From the NCBI GenBank assembly GCA_028534125.1, contig CM052816.1:97218001-97282000 (forward strand): a DNA stretch of 64,000 nt, given 5' to 3'. Below the pieces are notes generated by a model. The model did not search any database and had not been told where the DNA came from. It saw nothing but the letters and a program-made list of their open reading frames with translations. Each line of letters starts with the position of its first letter. Position 1 is the stretch's first letter. Positions 26,976 to 39,372 of this stretch are shown piece after piece. A program made the translations under genes and the position numbers. Source of the stretch: Lama glama (taxonomy: Eukaryota).

Positions 26976-27048
26976 ATACTGCTCATTTACGAATGGCACT
27001 CTGACTTGATGTACAAATCAAAGTGCAAAATATTTAAGTCTTAAGTAC

Positions 27049-27176
27049 TTAAGATTTTGCTCTACTGTTTTTTTAATGCCTGGTGTCGATGATGAGAAAT
27101 GCAGCTCTGACTCTCGCCCCACAGCAGTTTTCCCAGTTTTTCTCCCTCCAGCAGCTGTTAGAACTTCTCTCCTTCT
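27049..27176 (-). pseudogene. Pseudo-exon, RGS N-terminal motif
   Basis: actgcag|AGAAGG; EKF*QLLEGEKLGKLLWGESQ (cf. F..FLE.E....LL.FW.E); donor uncertain. Confidence 0.5.
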
Positions 27177-27749
27177 CTGCAGTACGGGCATGTGAGCAGC
27201 ACAGAAATGAGGACAAAATGGGTATCTGGAGGGCCTGGGATTGAATAAACAAAGAATCAGGCTCGTAATTCAAGTATTGATGATCCCCTCATCTTTTTTC
27301 AGGGTAAAGAAATGTCTTTAAGTGATGATGTAAAGGAAGAGGGGGCAGAGATGTTCCTAGAAAGAAGGCGCTGCGTGTGATGAGGACGTGTCCACTGGTG
27401 ACCCGGTGACCCAGGGAGCCATCTGCTTCCCAAAGCCCTTACACGAACTGGACACTCTCTCACTGGTGACAAGGTGGGGACATCCTTTAGTCTCCCCGGT
27501 TTTCCACATTTCCGTCTTCACAGTCTGTCAGCTGAAAAAGTATCTCCTGGTGTCTATGGTTTATACTGGCTCTTTTTCTTCCCCCAGGACTCTGAAGATG
27601 AACATGCTGGCTCTGCTTTTATTATGACTCTTAAAAATGTCCCAGTGAAGTCAGTACCACATCAAATGAGCCTCAGCTGTCCCTCCATCCTGGTATAAAG
27701 TGTCAGCTACTTTCTGTGGACTCTCTTTAGGCCATCTGGAACTCAGAAT

Positions 27750-27920
27750 GCATATATGTACTCTAAATATATATATATTTATAAATATATAAATTTAATA
27801 ATCACATATGTGAATGTATTTATATAAATATATAGTCTCTCTATATATATCTGTATCTATCTGTCTATATACATATATATATAGAGAGAAAGGGACAGAG
27901 AGAGACAGAGACAGAGACAG
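27750..27920. repeat. Low-complexity TA / GA-rich tract
   Basis: Degenerate (TA)n followed by (GACAGA)n. Confidence 0.8.
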
Positions 27921-28034
27921 AGCACAATGCGGGCACACCCACATATTCATGGAAAATGTGCCCCTACTCAGTGATAATAAAGTGTATAAGATACGCACCT
28001 ATCTACTGAGGTAGGTAATGTCATTACTCCGTTT

Positions 28035-28366
28035 CTTTGGTCTGAATGTTCGTGCCCCCCTGGTATTCATATGAAAATCCTAGCCTCCAGTGTGATGGTA
28101 TTAGGCAGTGGGGGCTTGGGGGTGATTACATCATGAAAGCAGAGCCTCATGATTGAGATGAGGGAAGATCCTTATAAAAGAGATTCCAGAGAGCCCCCTT
28201 CCTCCACGTGGGGGTACAAGGAGAAGTTGGCTGTCTGCAGCCTGGAGAGGGTCCTCACCACAACCCCATCATGCTGGCTCCCTGGCCTTGGACTTCCAGC
28301 CTCCAGAATGATAAGCAATACATTTCTGCTGTTTACAAGCACTCAGTTCATGGCATGTTGTATCAT
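28035..28366 (+). mobile_element. MLT1A-like MaLR LTR inserted in a MIR
   Basis: ggtctgaatgttcgtgcccccc...ggacttccagcctccagaatgataagcaatacatttctg; MIR resumes at cgttttacagatgagcaaac. Confidence 0.8.
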
Positions 28367-28759
28367 TTGATTGGATTAACACACCCGTTTTACAGATGAG
28401 CAAACAAAAGACCAGAGAGGTTACACACCTTTCCCAGAGTCACGCAGGTATCAAGGGGTGTCACAGGATTCGAAACCAACAACAAGGAGCCAGAGCGACA
28501 CTCACAACGATTACACAATCCTGCCTTGCAGCGAGCAGCTCAATGAACGCCTGCGCAGGGCGCTGCACTGTGAACCGGGTCAGGGAGCTCACAGGCTCAG
28601 TTTTGCCCTGACACTGACCGTGCCTTTCACGCATCAATATGATTTGGTGCATGGCGTGGATCTGACAAGGGAGGGTGCAGCAAAACCCTAAACTAAGGAG
28701 GTGGCCGTGGGAAAGGCAAATACCAACAACACAGCAGCACAACGGTTTTATGAAAGTTG

Positions 28760-29400
28760 CAAAGAAGAAAACACAAGAAGGGAGATTTAAATATGGGCTG
28801 AGGGTGAGAAGTGGGGAGTCACCAACGGAAACAGAGAGGACGACAAACAAGCGTGGTCTGGTGGAAAATGGGGTTTGGACATTCTGAGTTTGTGGTGGTA
28901 ATGAAAACTGAGTCTAGAGCCCAAGAAAAGATGGAGGCAGAATTAGTGCACTGAGAGCCATCAATCCAGGCAGAATGACTGAAAATGAGTGATGCGCTGA
29001 AAGCTGACCAACACAAACAGGGAGAAAAGACGCCTCTGGGTGGAGCCCTGATGAACATGTGTGTGTTTGGTGGATGGGAAGAGAAGGAGTGTCCATCAAA
29101 AAACGTGCAGAGAAAAACAAAGTCAGCGATCCTGAGTGGGACCAGGTGACGGGAACCAAGACATAAGGTTTTGGTTCTTCCCTCCAAGAATCTTTTTCCC
29201 CTAGTGGACAAAAAAGTTGGCAACAAAAGTCAACCCTGCAGAAATCTAGGATGGCAAATGCCTTTAGGTTAGCAGGTGCTTCCAGCTGAACAGTGAGTTT
29301 TGATGGCAGCTGAACAGTGAAGCTAGGAAGTGGGTAAGAAGCAAAGAGAAATGGAGAGTGGTCACTACTTTTTCAAGAAGTTTAGTGGTGGGTGGAAGGA
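28760..29400 (-). mobile_element. L2 fragment
   Basis: ggggtttggacattctgagtttg; degenerate antisense L2-like sequence. Confidence 0.55.
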
Positions 29401-30451
29401 AACAAGAATGAAGACACCTGTGAGATACCTAAGACAATGCAACTTTCTCTTAGCTTATTTATTAATTGTCAAAGAAGAGAAAGTGGAACGTTTGTCAGCA
29501 AAGAAGAACATAGATACATGTTATTGGGGTCATTTAGATAAAAAGTAATTATGTTAAAATGTTGGCACATATTCTAAAATGCTCACAAGATATACTAGAA
29601 ATAGAATAGAAATCTCACAAATTATATTAAAAAGGAAAAGCATACGAAATAGAATGACACATCTATAAAAAAGGATTAGAAAACAGGACTCAGGACCAGG
29701 AACCAGAATGAAGGACACAAGATGTGGTATAAAGGTTACAACAAACACAAATGGTCTCAATTTTTCTCTAAAGACAAAAGTGTGTTTAGATTTAAAAGCA
29801 AAATCAAAATGGCACGGCTTGAAAGAGAAATATTTAGGAAGGTAGGAAAAAACATCAAAATACTTTTAAAGGTTTATGTATTTAATTGTAAAGAACAAGA
29901 TGATGGTCATTTCTTATAAGCACAGGCACCAAGGAAACTGCCCAGCAGAGTGATGTCATTCAACACAGGACTGGAGACTCTTGATACCAGACAATGTAAA
30001 CATTAAAGCTAGAAAAACGTAAAATGAAGTTTGCAAGTGATTATTGTACGTGAGATGAGTTCAGGAAGAAAAGCACTGTTAGAGTGAACAGAGAACCTCC
30101 TGAATGTCTGGATACAAGATAAACACACACCCCAGGAGACACCTTGAACGCTGATTATAATCAGGTAGAAGTCACGTTGAAAAGAATATAACGTCTTCAC
30201 AAGAGTGCAAAGACCGATAAAAATTTCAGAATGAACTCATCAAGACTGTGGGATCTTGCAGAGAAAACCTTAAAAGCTTTGTCAACTGATTTAATGGTAT
30301 ATTTTGTAAATTGAGAAATTCAACATTTCTGAGTGATAAGGTTAAAGGAATATATTTCAGAACTTGAAAAAATGATCCCCCAGTCTATGTAGAAAAATAA
30401 ACAGGCAAAAAAATCAAAGAAATTTCAAATTAAAACATACACATATATTTT

Positions 30452-30490
<39 letters not shown>
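30452..30490. repeat. (TA)n microsatellite within old L1-like AT-rich sequence
   Basis: Long TA dinucleotide run. Confidence 0.95.
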
Positions 30491-30493
<3 letters not shown>

Positions 30494-31517
30494 AAAGAAA
30501 GGAAGGGTGATGGTAACCTTGCAAGATATAAGAATTACTGCAAAATACAGCAATGACGATGTTAAGTTCCTGGGACAAGGGCACAGACACAAACTCCTGG
30601 ATAAAACAGATTTGGCATAAAAAGTTTAAAAATATGCATGATAAAGGAAGATGCAAATACAGATCTGCATTTTACACCATGACTGTCTGTTATTCTTTAA
30701 GTTTGGGGTGTTGGGTAATATCTGTATTTTTGGTCTGCATTTTTTTACAACTCCAACTTGAGTGCAAAGCACTGTACACAGAGGCTCACAGAGGCTCACA
30801 GATTCTGAGAATCCTGGGGCAGGTGGATGGGCAGTTTGGCTCCCTCGCAATGTACAAACCCTTTAACCACATCCGTGACAGGTGCCAAACTCCCCAACCT
30901 GAGCCCCTGTGAGGGGGCATGTGAGTTCCCTGCCTCCCAGGAGCTGGAGCACCGCTCAGAGAGATAGGGGGTGACAGGAGCATCAGACCTGGGTCCTCCT
31001 TGGAGAGCGTGACACTGGGGACACATGCTAGCAACTGATTTTCAAAGTTCTCATCTCTCTACTCAAAGGGTGTCTTGTGAAGAAAGGCTGGACAGGGAGC
31101 AAGTACGGAACTTCCTCTGAAGCATCAGAAATGCAACCTTCCAAATCCCTTCTCAGCTGGAGGACTGGACCAGCTATGTTTTCCTTAGATTTAGAAGACG
31201 ATCCAGCCCATCACTCTCTGTTGCACCAACAAAGGCAGACAGTGAGGCACGGGATGGTGAAACTCATCGTTCTCTGGAGAAAATACTCACAAAATATCTT
31301 AAAATTGGTATTTCTCTTTTTTGCAAAATAATATCCCTGAGTTGTCCTCTCCAGCTTTCAGTCTCATGTTGTTCATTTCTCAGCGAAATAACATAAAATC
31401 ATGATGTCACCAAAGGCAGAAGACCATTGCTATAAATGCTAATTTACATGGGAACTGATAGAAATATTTTTCATGAAAGCATGTAAAAAGCCAACTTCAT
31501 TTAAAAGCAAGTTTTAC

Positions 31518-31697
31518 ATTGTTTCCGTTATTCATCAGCAACTCAGAGATCTTTCAATTCTCCCTTGTGTAGAAGTTGTTCCATGTACGTCCGTCTGAAT
31601 CAGCTGATGAAATACAGTGCACATTAATGAAAGGATTTCCCTGTTTTTCAGCAAACATTCAAAATCTCACTCCTAGTTTTCCCAAGAGCTCACTCAT
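31518..31697 (-). pseudogene. Pseudo-exon, RGS C-terminal helices
   Basis: MSELLGKLGVRF*MFAEKQ, +1 frameshift, EILSLMCTVFHQLIQTDVH (cf. F.EAQ.EI..LM....+.F+.SD); donor AAT|gtaaaa. Confidence 0.55.
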
Positions 31698-32325
31698 CTG
31701 AGTGTTGTATCTTCAGAGCCCAAGTTTTGAAAGCTCCTCAATCTGTCTACCCCTTTTTTAAGAGCAGGATCTGTGGTTGACATTTGTCTCTGTGCACCGA
31801 CCCATCCTTTAGAACGCCCACTCCTAAACATTGCCCCTAAACATTTTTTTTTCTTAACTTGACAGTGAAATTCACCAGGAAAGATCTGAACTAGTAACTA
31901 TTTAAGTGCTGCCGTATTCACCAACTTCAAAAATCTAACACCGTTTTAAAGATCCATTACGCTGCAAAGTGTCATCACGATTGTATCCATGAGCCAAGCA
32001 TTCTAATACAGGCTTGTTCTGGGTCAAGTCAACAGGCTGGGTGATTTCATGCTTGTATTATGCCTTTGATATAAAAACTGCAGCGTTCGTAACACACACA
32101 CGATTCTGTCTGGATGCTCCCAATTGGAAGGATACTGACCACTTCCATGACAAAGGAGACTAAAATAACCCAAGTTCAGAGAAACACTTCAGTTGAAATT
32201 CATGAGAAAAACTTTTGGGGAGAGGCAAACGGGCCTGGGAGAACAGGGAACTGAGATTTTTTTCTGTTTATCCTCGTTTATCCTTTGCAGATTTAACACA
32301 ACCAAGTATTACTTTCATGAGTAAC

Positions 32326-32421
32326 CGTGTAAGTGAGCCTCATAATGGAAAGACGTATCTGATGGTATCTGGGTTCGTTCAGAGCTGACATGTCCAAATG
32401 TAGTAAGAGATTATATTTAAC
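32326..32421 (-). pseudogene. Pseudo-exon
   Basis: Strong acceptor ctctcctccgtctcttctgaattctctgcag|GTTAAA; LNIISYYI and TFGHVSSERTQIPSDT; weak donor. Confidence 0.4.
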
Positions 32422-33532
32422 CTGCAGAGAATTCAGAAGAGACGGAGGAGAGACTGACGAATGGTTAATCAAGACAGTGTACAGTGTACAGATACTCGGG
32501 AGCTGAGGCGCTGGCTATAATCCATTAGGGGTCCAACGTGTCAGAGGGTCTGGCTTGGGACCATTGATAATAATGGAGCTAAATGAATTACTGCCATGTA
32601 CATATACAATTAGTAACTGCATTAGAAGGGATGAACACAGAAGGGGAAGAGAGGGAGAGGGGAAGGGGGAGAGACAGGGCAGAATGTTCTGGTGTGTGTT
32701 GTCAGCTGGTGTGCATGTTCTTGCCTTCTCCATGCCCAGAATTGCACTAGGTTCTAAGAACATAAAGAAAAATAACGAAATAATAGACAGCCCTTGCCAC
32801 CAAAGAATTCACAGTCGAGTTTCAGGATGGCAGGAAGGGGCCCCGGGCAGGCCTGCTGGACGGATGCCGCACTGGGAAATGGGCCCAGCGTCACTTTGGC
32901 CGCCAGTAAACTCTTGGGCAGTGCCCAAGCCACATTTTGATGCCTAGTGAGCCGTGGATGGGAAGAGCCACTGAGAGGGGCCTGGGAGAGGACACCTTCA
33001 CACGTGGCAGCCGGCCTCATGTGAACAGGTTTTGTGTTTTGTTTTAATACACCTTTCTTCCTCTAGCCACTGGATCTTGTCCCAGAGTGACAAAGATTCC
33101 CCTTGTCTGAGGAATGGTCATTTCCTTCGGGGGCTGAGATGCCTGCGTGGCCCGAGGGGCCTAACGTCCCAGCAGGTGGGTCCGAGCCCATTCTGCGGTC
33201 AGTGATAAAGCATTCCCGCTTCTGCTCTCCACGACGCCTTGAGAGAATGACGTCATCGCCACACAAGGGGCCAGAAAGGGGCCTCATATAAGACCCTGGG
33301 AAAAAACACAGCTACAAAGAAAATTCCACTCTGAGGCCAAACATTGTTCCCTGGACCCCTGTCACTTGGAATCTGGCCAAGCAAGGTGCACAGGGGTCCG
33401 TGCACAGTGGGAGGGAAATCTCACTGTTTCTGCAGCTGCCTTTCCGTGCTGGACCCACGGAGGTGGCCAAAGCTGTGCCCACTGCTCTGGGTTTGTGCTG
33501 TTAAGTTCAAACAACCCCATGGCTTGCTGACT

Positions 33533-34019
33533 GATTTTTATCTCCAGGTGAAACGCTCAGCTTCCGACTTCCGTTCTTGTAGCGAGGACGGTGCTTTCAG
33601 TAAAGCTATCCAACCCTGAAACCGTCGCGCTCTGGGCAGCAAGCCTACCGAGGACTGCAGTGACCACAGCACGTTCACTGACAGGGATGTTTTCTCTTTC
33701 GCAAAGAGGATGAGTTATTTTTCCTTTAACACTTAATCTTATGGTTTCCCTTTGATGTGTGGTGAAACATTGTTAGTCCAAACTGAGGCCTGACTTTTTG
33801 TCTTAACTCCTTCTCTCGATTTTGCCCATAGTCTTTCCAACTGTTTTTGGCTCCGCTTCCATGATGTTACTATTTGCCTGTTTTTCAGTAACTCTTTTTG
33901 CTTGTTTCTATTTGGGTTAAAACCTTTCTAGCAGCTGTTATCAGAACACGAGCTAGCACGCCCCATACACGACAGCCGTGATGATGTATTAACTGTAATC
34001 CAGGATCTGAGTTGCTTTT
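33533..34019 (-). pseudogene. Pseudo-exon(s)
   Basis: gatttttttctag|AAAAGC; begins KATQILDY and ends SSLQERKSEAE / AFHLEIKI (cf. FL......L.F.LEI). Confidence 0.45.
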
Positions 34020-34499
34020 CTAGAAAAAAATCAATCAATCCTTCTGCCCTTTCCTTCCTGAGAATCAATGACTCAAAATAAAAAAAGACACGGGGTGGGT
34101 AACTACGTAATACAATACAGGAGAAGCTATTAATAATAGGCAGCTTACAATGTCCTGCCAGGGAGGCCGCAGGAAGACACGGGACACGACACTGCTTTCC
34201 ATCTCGGTAGAGAAAGTCCTGAGCAAACAACCTGCTCTGCATTTTTTGGCGCCTCTGCCTGTTCCGTGTGTCACGGCCTGTCCTCCGTCACCGCCCGTTC
34301 TTTTTAACCCCTCTGCCCAGGTGCCTGCCAGGCTGCAGGGACTGGCGGTCACTTCACCCGCATCCCTCTGCATCTCAGCGTTTGACTGAGTTGACTGCTG
34401 TCCCCCGATGCTTCCTCTTTTGGCTTCTCCTGAGCCGCGCTGTCTGGCTTCTCTCTCGTCTGGTGGGTGGTACTTCTCAGCGACGGGCTAACCCCTCTC

Positions 34500-35600
34500 C
34501 CCCATCTCTTCCCAAAGGCTGGTGCGCCCCGGGGCTTGGTCCGGGGTCGTTTTTATCTTTTCTACTCCTATTCTCTCCCTAGGGGTTCTCATTTGGTCCT
34601 TTAAATTCCAACTCCATGCTGATGACGTCCACATTTATGTCTCCAGCTCCAGATTTTACTCACAACTGCCAGCTTGGTATCTCCTCTTGGACACAGAATA
34701 GGTCAAACCTCAACTCTTGGTTTCTACTCCACCTCCATCCCCCATAATAAATATTGTTCCCAAAGACACTGACATCTGAGGAGTGGCACACCAACCATTA
34801 TCCAGTTGCTGGAGTTTAAACTTATGGATCTTTCTTGGTTAGTTTATTTTCTTCTCACCCACCATCCAATCCAACAGTAACCCCTCTACTGGTTTCATTT
34901 CAAAATATGTCCTGAATCTGTCCACTCCGACCCAAACTACTCTTACCGAGATAAGGTCTAGACCAGCTAGTAGTGGGGCACCTGCCTGGAATGCTTCCTC
35001 TTCCAACTCACTCTCTACCAGCAGCCTGAGAGCTCCTTTAAGAATGTCTGCCTGTTCCCGTCACTGCCCTACTTAAAACCCTTCAGTGACTGCCCTGTCC
35101 AGATATAACAAAACCCCAAGTCCTTCTCACACCTTGCAAGGCCCGGTGTGTGGTCTGGCGTCCGGCTCCTGGCTCCCTCCTAACTCCCGTCTCTTCCCCA
35201 GCTGTCCCGCTGACCTCCGTGTCCTTCAGACCGGTCAGTCCGGGCCTTAAGTCTGGACGTTGGCAGGCCACCCCTTCTGCTCGGAGAACTCCTCATCAGG
35301 TCACCCTGACGAGATGACTCAGCCTTCTCTAATTCATGCTGCAACTCAGCTTCACGTACCCAGAGAAGCCTCCCCGACTGGCCTCCCTGGGTGCCATTCC
35401 ACCTTCTTCCCACCCCGCCAAGCTTTGTCACGTGACCTTGCGGTATCTTCTTGTGAAAATTATGCCTTCAGACAGTTATAACCTGTCTCTTGGCATTCAG
35501 ACTTAAACCCAAAGAGAACAGGGACCTGCAGGCTCCTCCCAGAATGCTGCTACACTCCGTGGGTCGGTCCCTGGCACAGAATAGATCATTGAAGAAAAAA
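34500..35600 (+). mobile_element. L2 fragments
   Basis: ccatgctgatgacgtccacatttatgtctccagctccag (ADD RT motif); 3' tail ccctggcacagaatagatcatt. Confidence 0.75.
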
Positions 35601-35879
35601 AAAATGTGAAATGGGAGTTTTGATGTGTAGTACATCAGGGCTTCCATAGCCTTCATGACCCTGCATTTAGCAGAAGAACACATGTAAAAGTCCTACTTTA
35701 ATCTACCAGTTCGCGCACAGGTTTCTGTGCTCATCACTGCCTCTGACGCTCCTCGGGTGTCACTGCTGAGTGTATCACGTGGTCCTCCGTGCTTTCACAT
35801 TTATGGAAAACCCAGGTCTTTGGGAGGAATTTTCACATCCAGTAACGCACATATATTAAATGGCCAATAATCTATAAAC

Positions 35880-36151
35880 AGGTTACAGGATTCTTCTAAA
35901 GAAGCCAAAGAACAAAATTTTCCAAACCTTTGAGGTCACTTAGACAACCTAAAAAGGGGTAACTCCAAAGACTAACATCTTTTGAACATGCATGAACAAA
36001 ATCAACAAAATTCTAAAGCTCCTAAGCCATCCTTTTCAACTTGCTGTAAATCCTGGTGGGCTTCCTGTAAATGGTATAAACATTGCTGCGTTGATTCAGC
36101 AAGCAGAGCGCTAATGCCACAGGACGTGTAGGGGCCCAACTGTGCTGACAT
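35880..36151 (-). pseudogene. Pseudo-exon, end of one RGS module and start of the next
   Basis: ttttcttcctgcag|ATGTCA; LLAESTQQCLYHLQEAHQDLQQVEK, then after a frameshift PFLGCLSDLKGLENFVLWLL* (cf. EN+LFW); donor approximate. Confidence 0.55.
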
Positions 36152-36447
36152 CTGCAGGAAGAAAAACATGACTGCAGTCACGGAAGACTTGGCATTTGAC
36201 TTTGACTCTGGAGTGGGCACGCATCTTCTCCTGTGTCGGACGAACACCCAAAGGATGGACACTGCGACCAGAAGGACTGGTTCTGGAGCGCTTTCTTTAT
36301 TGGGCTTATTTTACTCATATCAGATGATCCTGAGGGTACTTGAGTCTTTCCATTAGATTATCCTTTGCCTACTAAACAGTCTTGCCAGCATCAAAATACT
36401 GCTCCACAGGGTGTAAAAAGTAGGCAATCTCCAAGAAAAAAGAAAAC

Positions 36448-36693
36448 CTTTCAGGAGCCAAATATATCAAAACCAGGTGTCTCCTGAGGGTGCAACTTCT
36501 GTTTTTTCTGTGTGTTTCTCTAGTATCATCAACAAGGATTCGCTGGGGATAATCCGGTGCAACATAAATGTCCACCAGGTGCCCCTCCAAGGAGACAGGC
36601 GAGTGGCTTCCTCACCGTGATCTGAGATGGGGCTTTGCTCAAGTGTCGTGCGTGGGGGAAACTTCTGGAGGCTTTGACCTTTTAGCTTTTCTA
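36448..36693 (-). pseudogene. Pseudo-exon, clearest RGS motif
   Basis: cctatttctgtcatgacag|TAGAAA; LEGHLVDIYVAPDYPQRILVDDTRE resembles the canonical RGS IY..YI.PDAP.EVNID..TRE segment. Confidence 0.6.
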
Positions 36694-38864
36694 CTGTCAT
36701 GACAGAAATAGGCATTTGCACATATTGGATTAATTTAAAAATCTGATTAATGATTGTAACACTATTTTACTTTTCTCTTTAGAACAGGATGACTAACTTC
36801 TTACAGAATGAGCGCTAATGCTGTTTTGAGCTCCTATTACTAGTGCCCCGCAGTGGTGTTCACTTCGGGCACTAAGATTTGACCTTGATTCCTACAGTCT
36901 TCCTCCTCTTTCCCCTTGATCTTCGATCTATAATTGTTGGTTTCTCCTTAAAGGAGCCAGGGTACACAGTCACCGCCTGGCCTTCACTGCAGTCTTTGAA
37001 AATATGTAATGACCTCATCCATTCTAACTGAAGGACACACTGGAAAGTATTTCAGGCTTGATGATTTGAGGGTTATTGATACATTTTTTTTCCTGGAATT
37101 GATTTTCATTTCCCCTTTAAAAGTATCTATAAGCATCATGGCATAAATTGCAGCATCCCCAAATAGCTTCTTTTGTGTTTCTCAATGAGACACAGTATCT
37201 GAGCTTCGTGAGAATTTAAGCAATAAACAGCACACAGGGCGGTGCAAGCTGTTAAAGCAAGTCCTGAACTTCATTCCCATCAACTCGCACGGCAGACACT
37301 GTAAAGGGGACTCTGTTATGAAATCTCAACTCTTCATTTCGTAAGAATTCCAAGCAAAACGTGTTATCTTCCACATCGTTCAACCTTCCCCTGATGGGTG
37401 GTGAAGAAAAGGCAGTGTGACGTGTGAGCTATGTCCTCTCCACCAAGGGAGAGGGAGCAAAGGAGACAGGATGCAATTCACCGCTTAATACGATGGAAAC
37501 AAGTGGTGACCAAGAATGCTGCAAGTTACGACATCATCAAGGAAAAACTACACAAGTGATTACTAAATAAAATAGGAAAAAGTGGGTGGGGTGGGAGGTG
37601 GGAGGACAGTTTATTTAATAATCTCTGAAGACGCGAGAGCCAGAGCGGGGTCAGAACCAAACTGGAAGGACTGTGTCACGTTCTGCGTTTCTCCTGTTCT
37701 GCTGTCTCTGCTGCGTGCACCGCCATCCCCAAAGGCCACGGATACCATTTATGCCAAAGTTTGCTGCTTTAATTCTTCAGGAACTGCAGTGAGAAAGTCT
37801 CACTGGGCTTGAACTCTTCGGGGGCTCCTATTTCCAGTTTGGTTTTATCAAGAGGTGTACACTCTGGGCTGGCTCACCCTGGACTCCACGGACCGACTCA
37901 GACACAGACGACGAGTGCAGGGATGAGGCCTGTGGTAGAAGCGGCCGGGACTGCCTCGCACCGTCCATCCTGCTGGTGAAAAGTAAGCCTCCCAGTGCGG
38001 TGAGCAGGGGCTGGTGAAAGCAGTGTTTGGAACAACTCCCTATCAGATGTTCCAGCAGACAAAGCAGAACGTGTCTCTGTTCAATCTGTCTGCTTCAAGG
38101 AAGAAGGGAGCTTATTACGGAGGGGACTCAGGAGCCGGAATGGCTGGCACCAAACACTCCCCCTACCCCTGTGTGGTCGATGGCTTGGCCAGGGCGGCCT
38201 CTGATTTGTTTAATGCCAGTGCGTGAAAGTCATACGAGTTCAATGCGAGACCGGCTGCAGATCACTTTCTTAACAGGATACTGTTTGGGATGCGGGAGAG
38301 ACTGCTTCTTAAATTTGACAAGAGCTCAAGGAGAACTTCCATCACAAGAACTAAGACACAGAGAAGGTAGGAAATTTGCCCAAGGCCACACTAAAAGATA
38401 ATGTAACCAGGATTCAACTCAGGAGGTCCGCCTCCAGGGTCCGCCTGCTTCACAGCCACTCACCACAGAATGGAAATAAAGCCACATACAGACTGAAGAC
38501 GGCAGCTTCCTGAGTGTGATCTTCCATACAAGTCCCCAGCATTCTCACGGACGATATGCTGCCTACGGTGGTAACGCATCAGCTAATGACAGTCAGATCA
38601 ATGACTGGTATTGTCTTACGCTTGCTTATGCAATTAGTAATAATAAACAGCATAGCTTAAAAAAAAAAGTCCTTTATGGCTGAGAACACTCTCTATCCCC
38701 AGAGATCACTCCAAAACCCCAGGCAGAACCAACATGAGAGGCAGAAAAAACAACACTTCAGAGCCGAGTGATCTTAGACAAGTCACTTGGCAATTACTTT
38801 ACTTGGTCTAAGTGCGGAAAAGGACTTACGCGGTAAGAGTTTGTAAATCGATTAAGAAGACAGG

Positions 38865-39372
38865 ATAGTAGGCTGAATAATGAACTCGCAAAGATGAACT
38901 CCATTCTAACCCCCAGCACCTGTGACGATGTGACCTTACACGGAAAACCCAGAACTTAGCAGATGGAATTCACTTAAGGACCTCAAGATGGGGAGGTTCT
39001 TCTGGATTCTCCTCCTTTGAGGGAGGCTGGAGGGTTAGGCAGAGAGAAGGAAGACGGTGCAAGAGCAGAATCACAGACCAGAGAGCGGGGGTGGAGACAG
39101 AGGGAGAGACTGGAAAATTCTCTGCTGCTGAATTTGAGGTTGAAGGAAGGGGCCGGGACCCAGGGAATGCAGGCAGGCTCCAGAAACTTGAAAAGGCAGC
39201 TAAGCGGACTTGCCCCTTCAAGCCTCCGGAAGGAGCCAGCCGTGCCAACACAGCGATCTGGCTCATGAGACCGACTTTGGACTTCGGGTCTCCAGAAACG
39301 TGCAGCACTAACCTGCCCTAAGCCGCCACAGTCGTGGTCATTTGTCACAACAGCAACAGAAACCTGATGTAA
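38865..39372 (+). mobile_element. MLT1D-like MaLR LTR
   Basis: gtaggctgaataatg...gtggtcatttgtcacaacagcaacagaaacctgatgtaaca. Confidence 0.8.

Noticed and set aside
27039..27054. Perfect 16-bp palindrome tcttaagtacttaaga
   Set aside because: A single AT-rich palindrome is plausible by chance in 64 kb.
36841..36874. Hairpin tagtgccc...gggcacta containing CAGTG
   Set aside because: CAGTG lies in the stem rather than the loop, so it is not an IRE; too short for a pre-miRNA.
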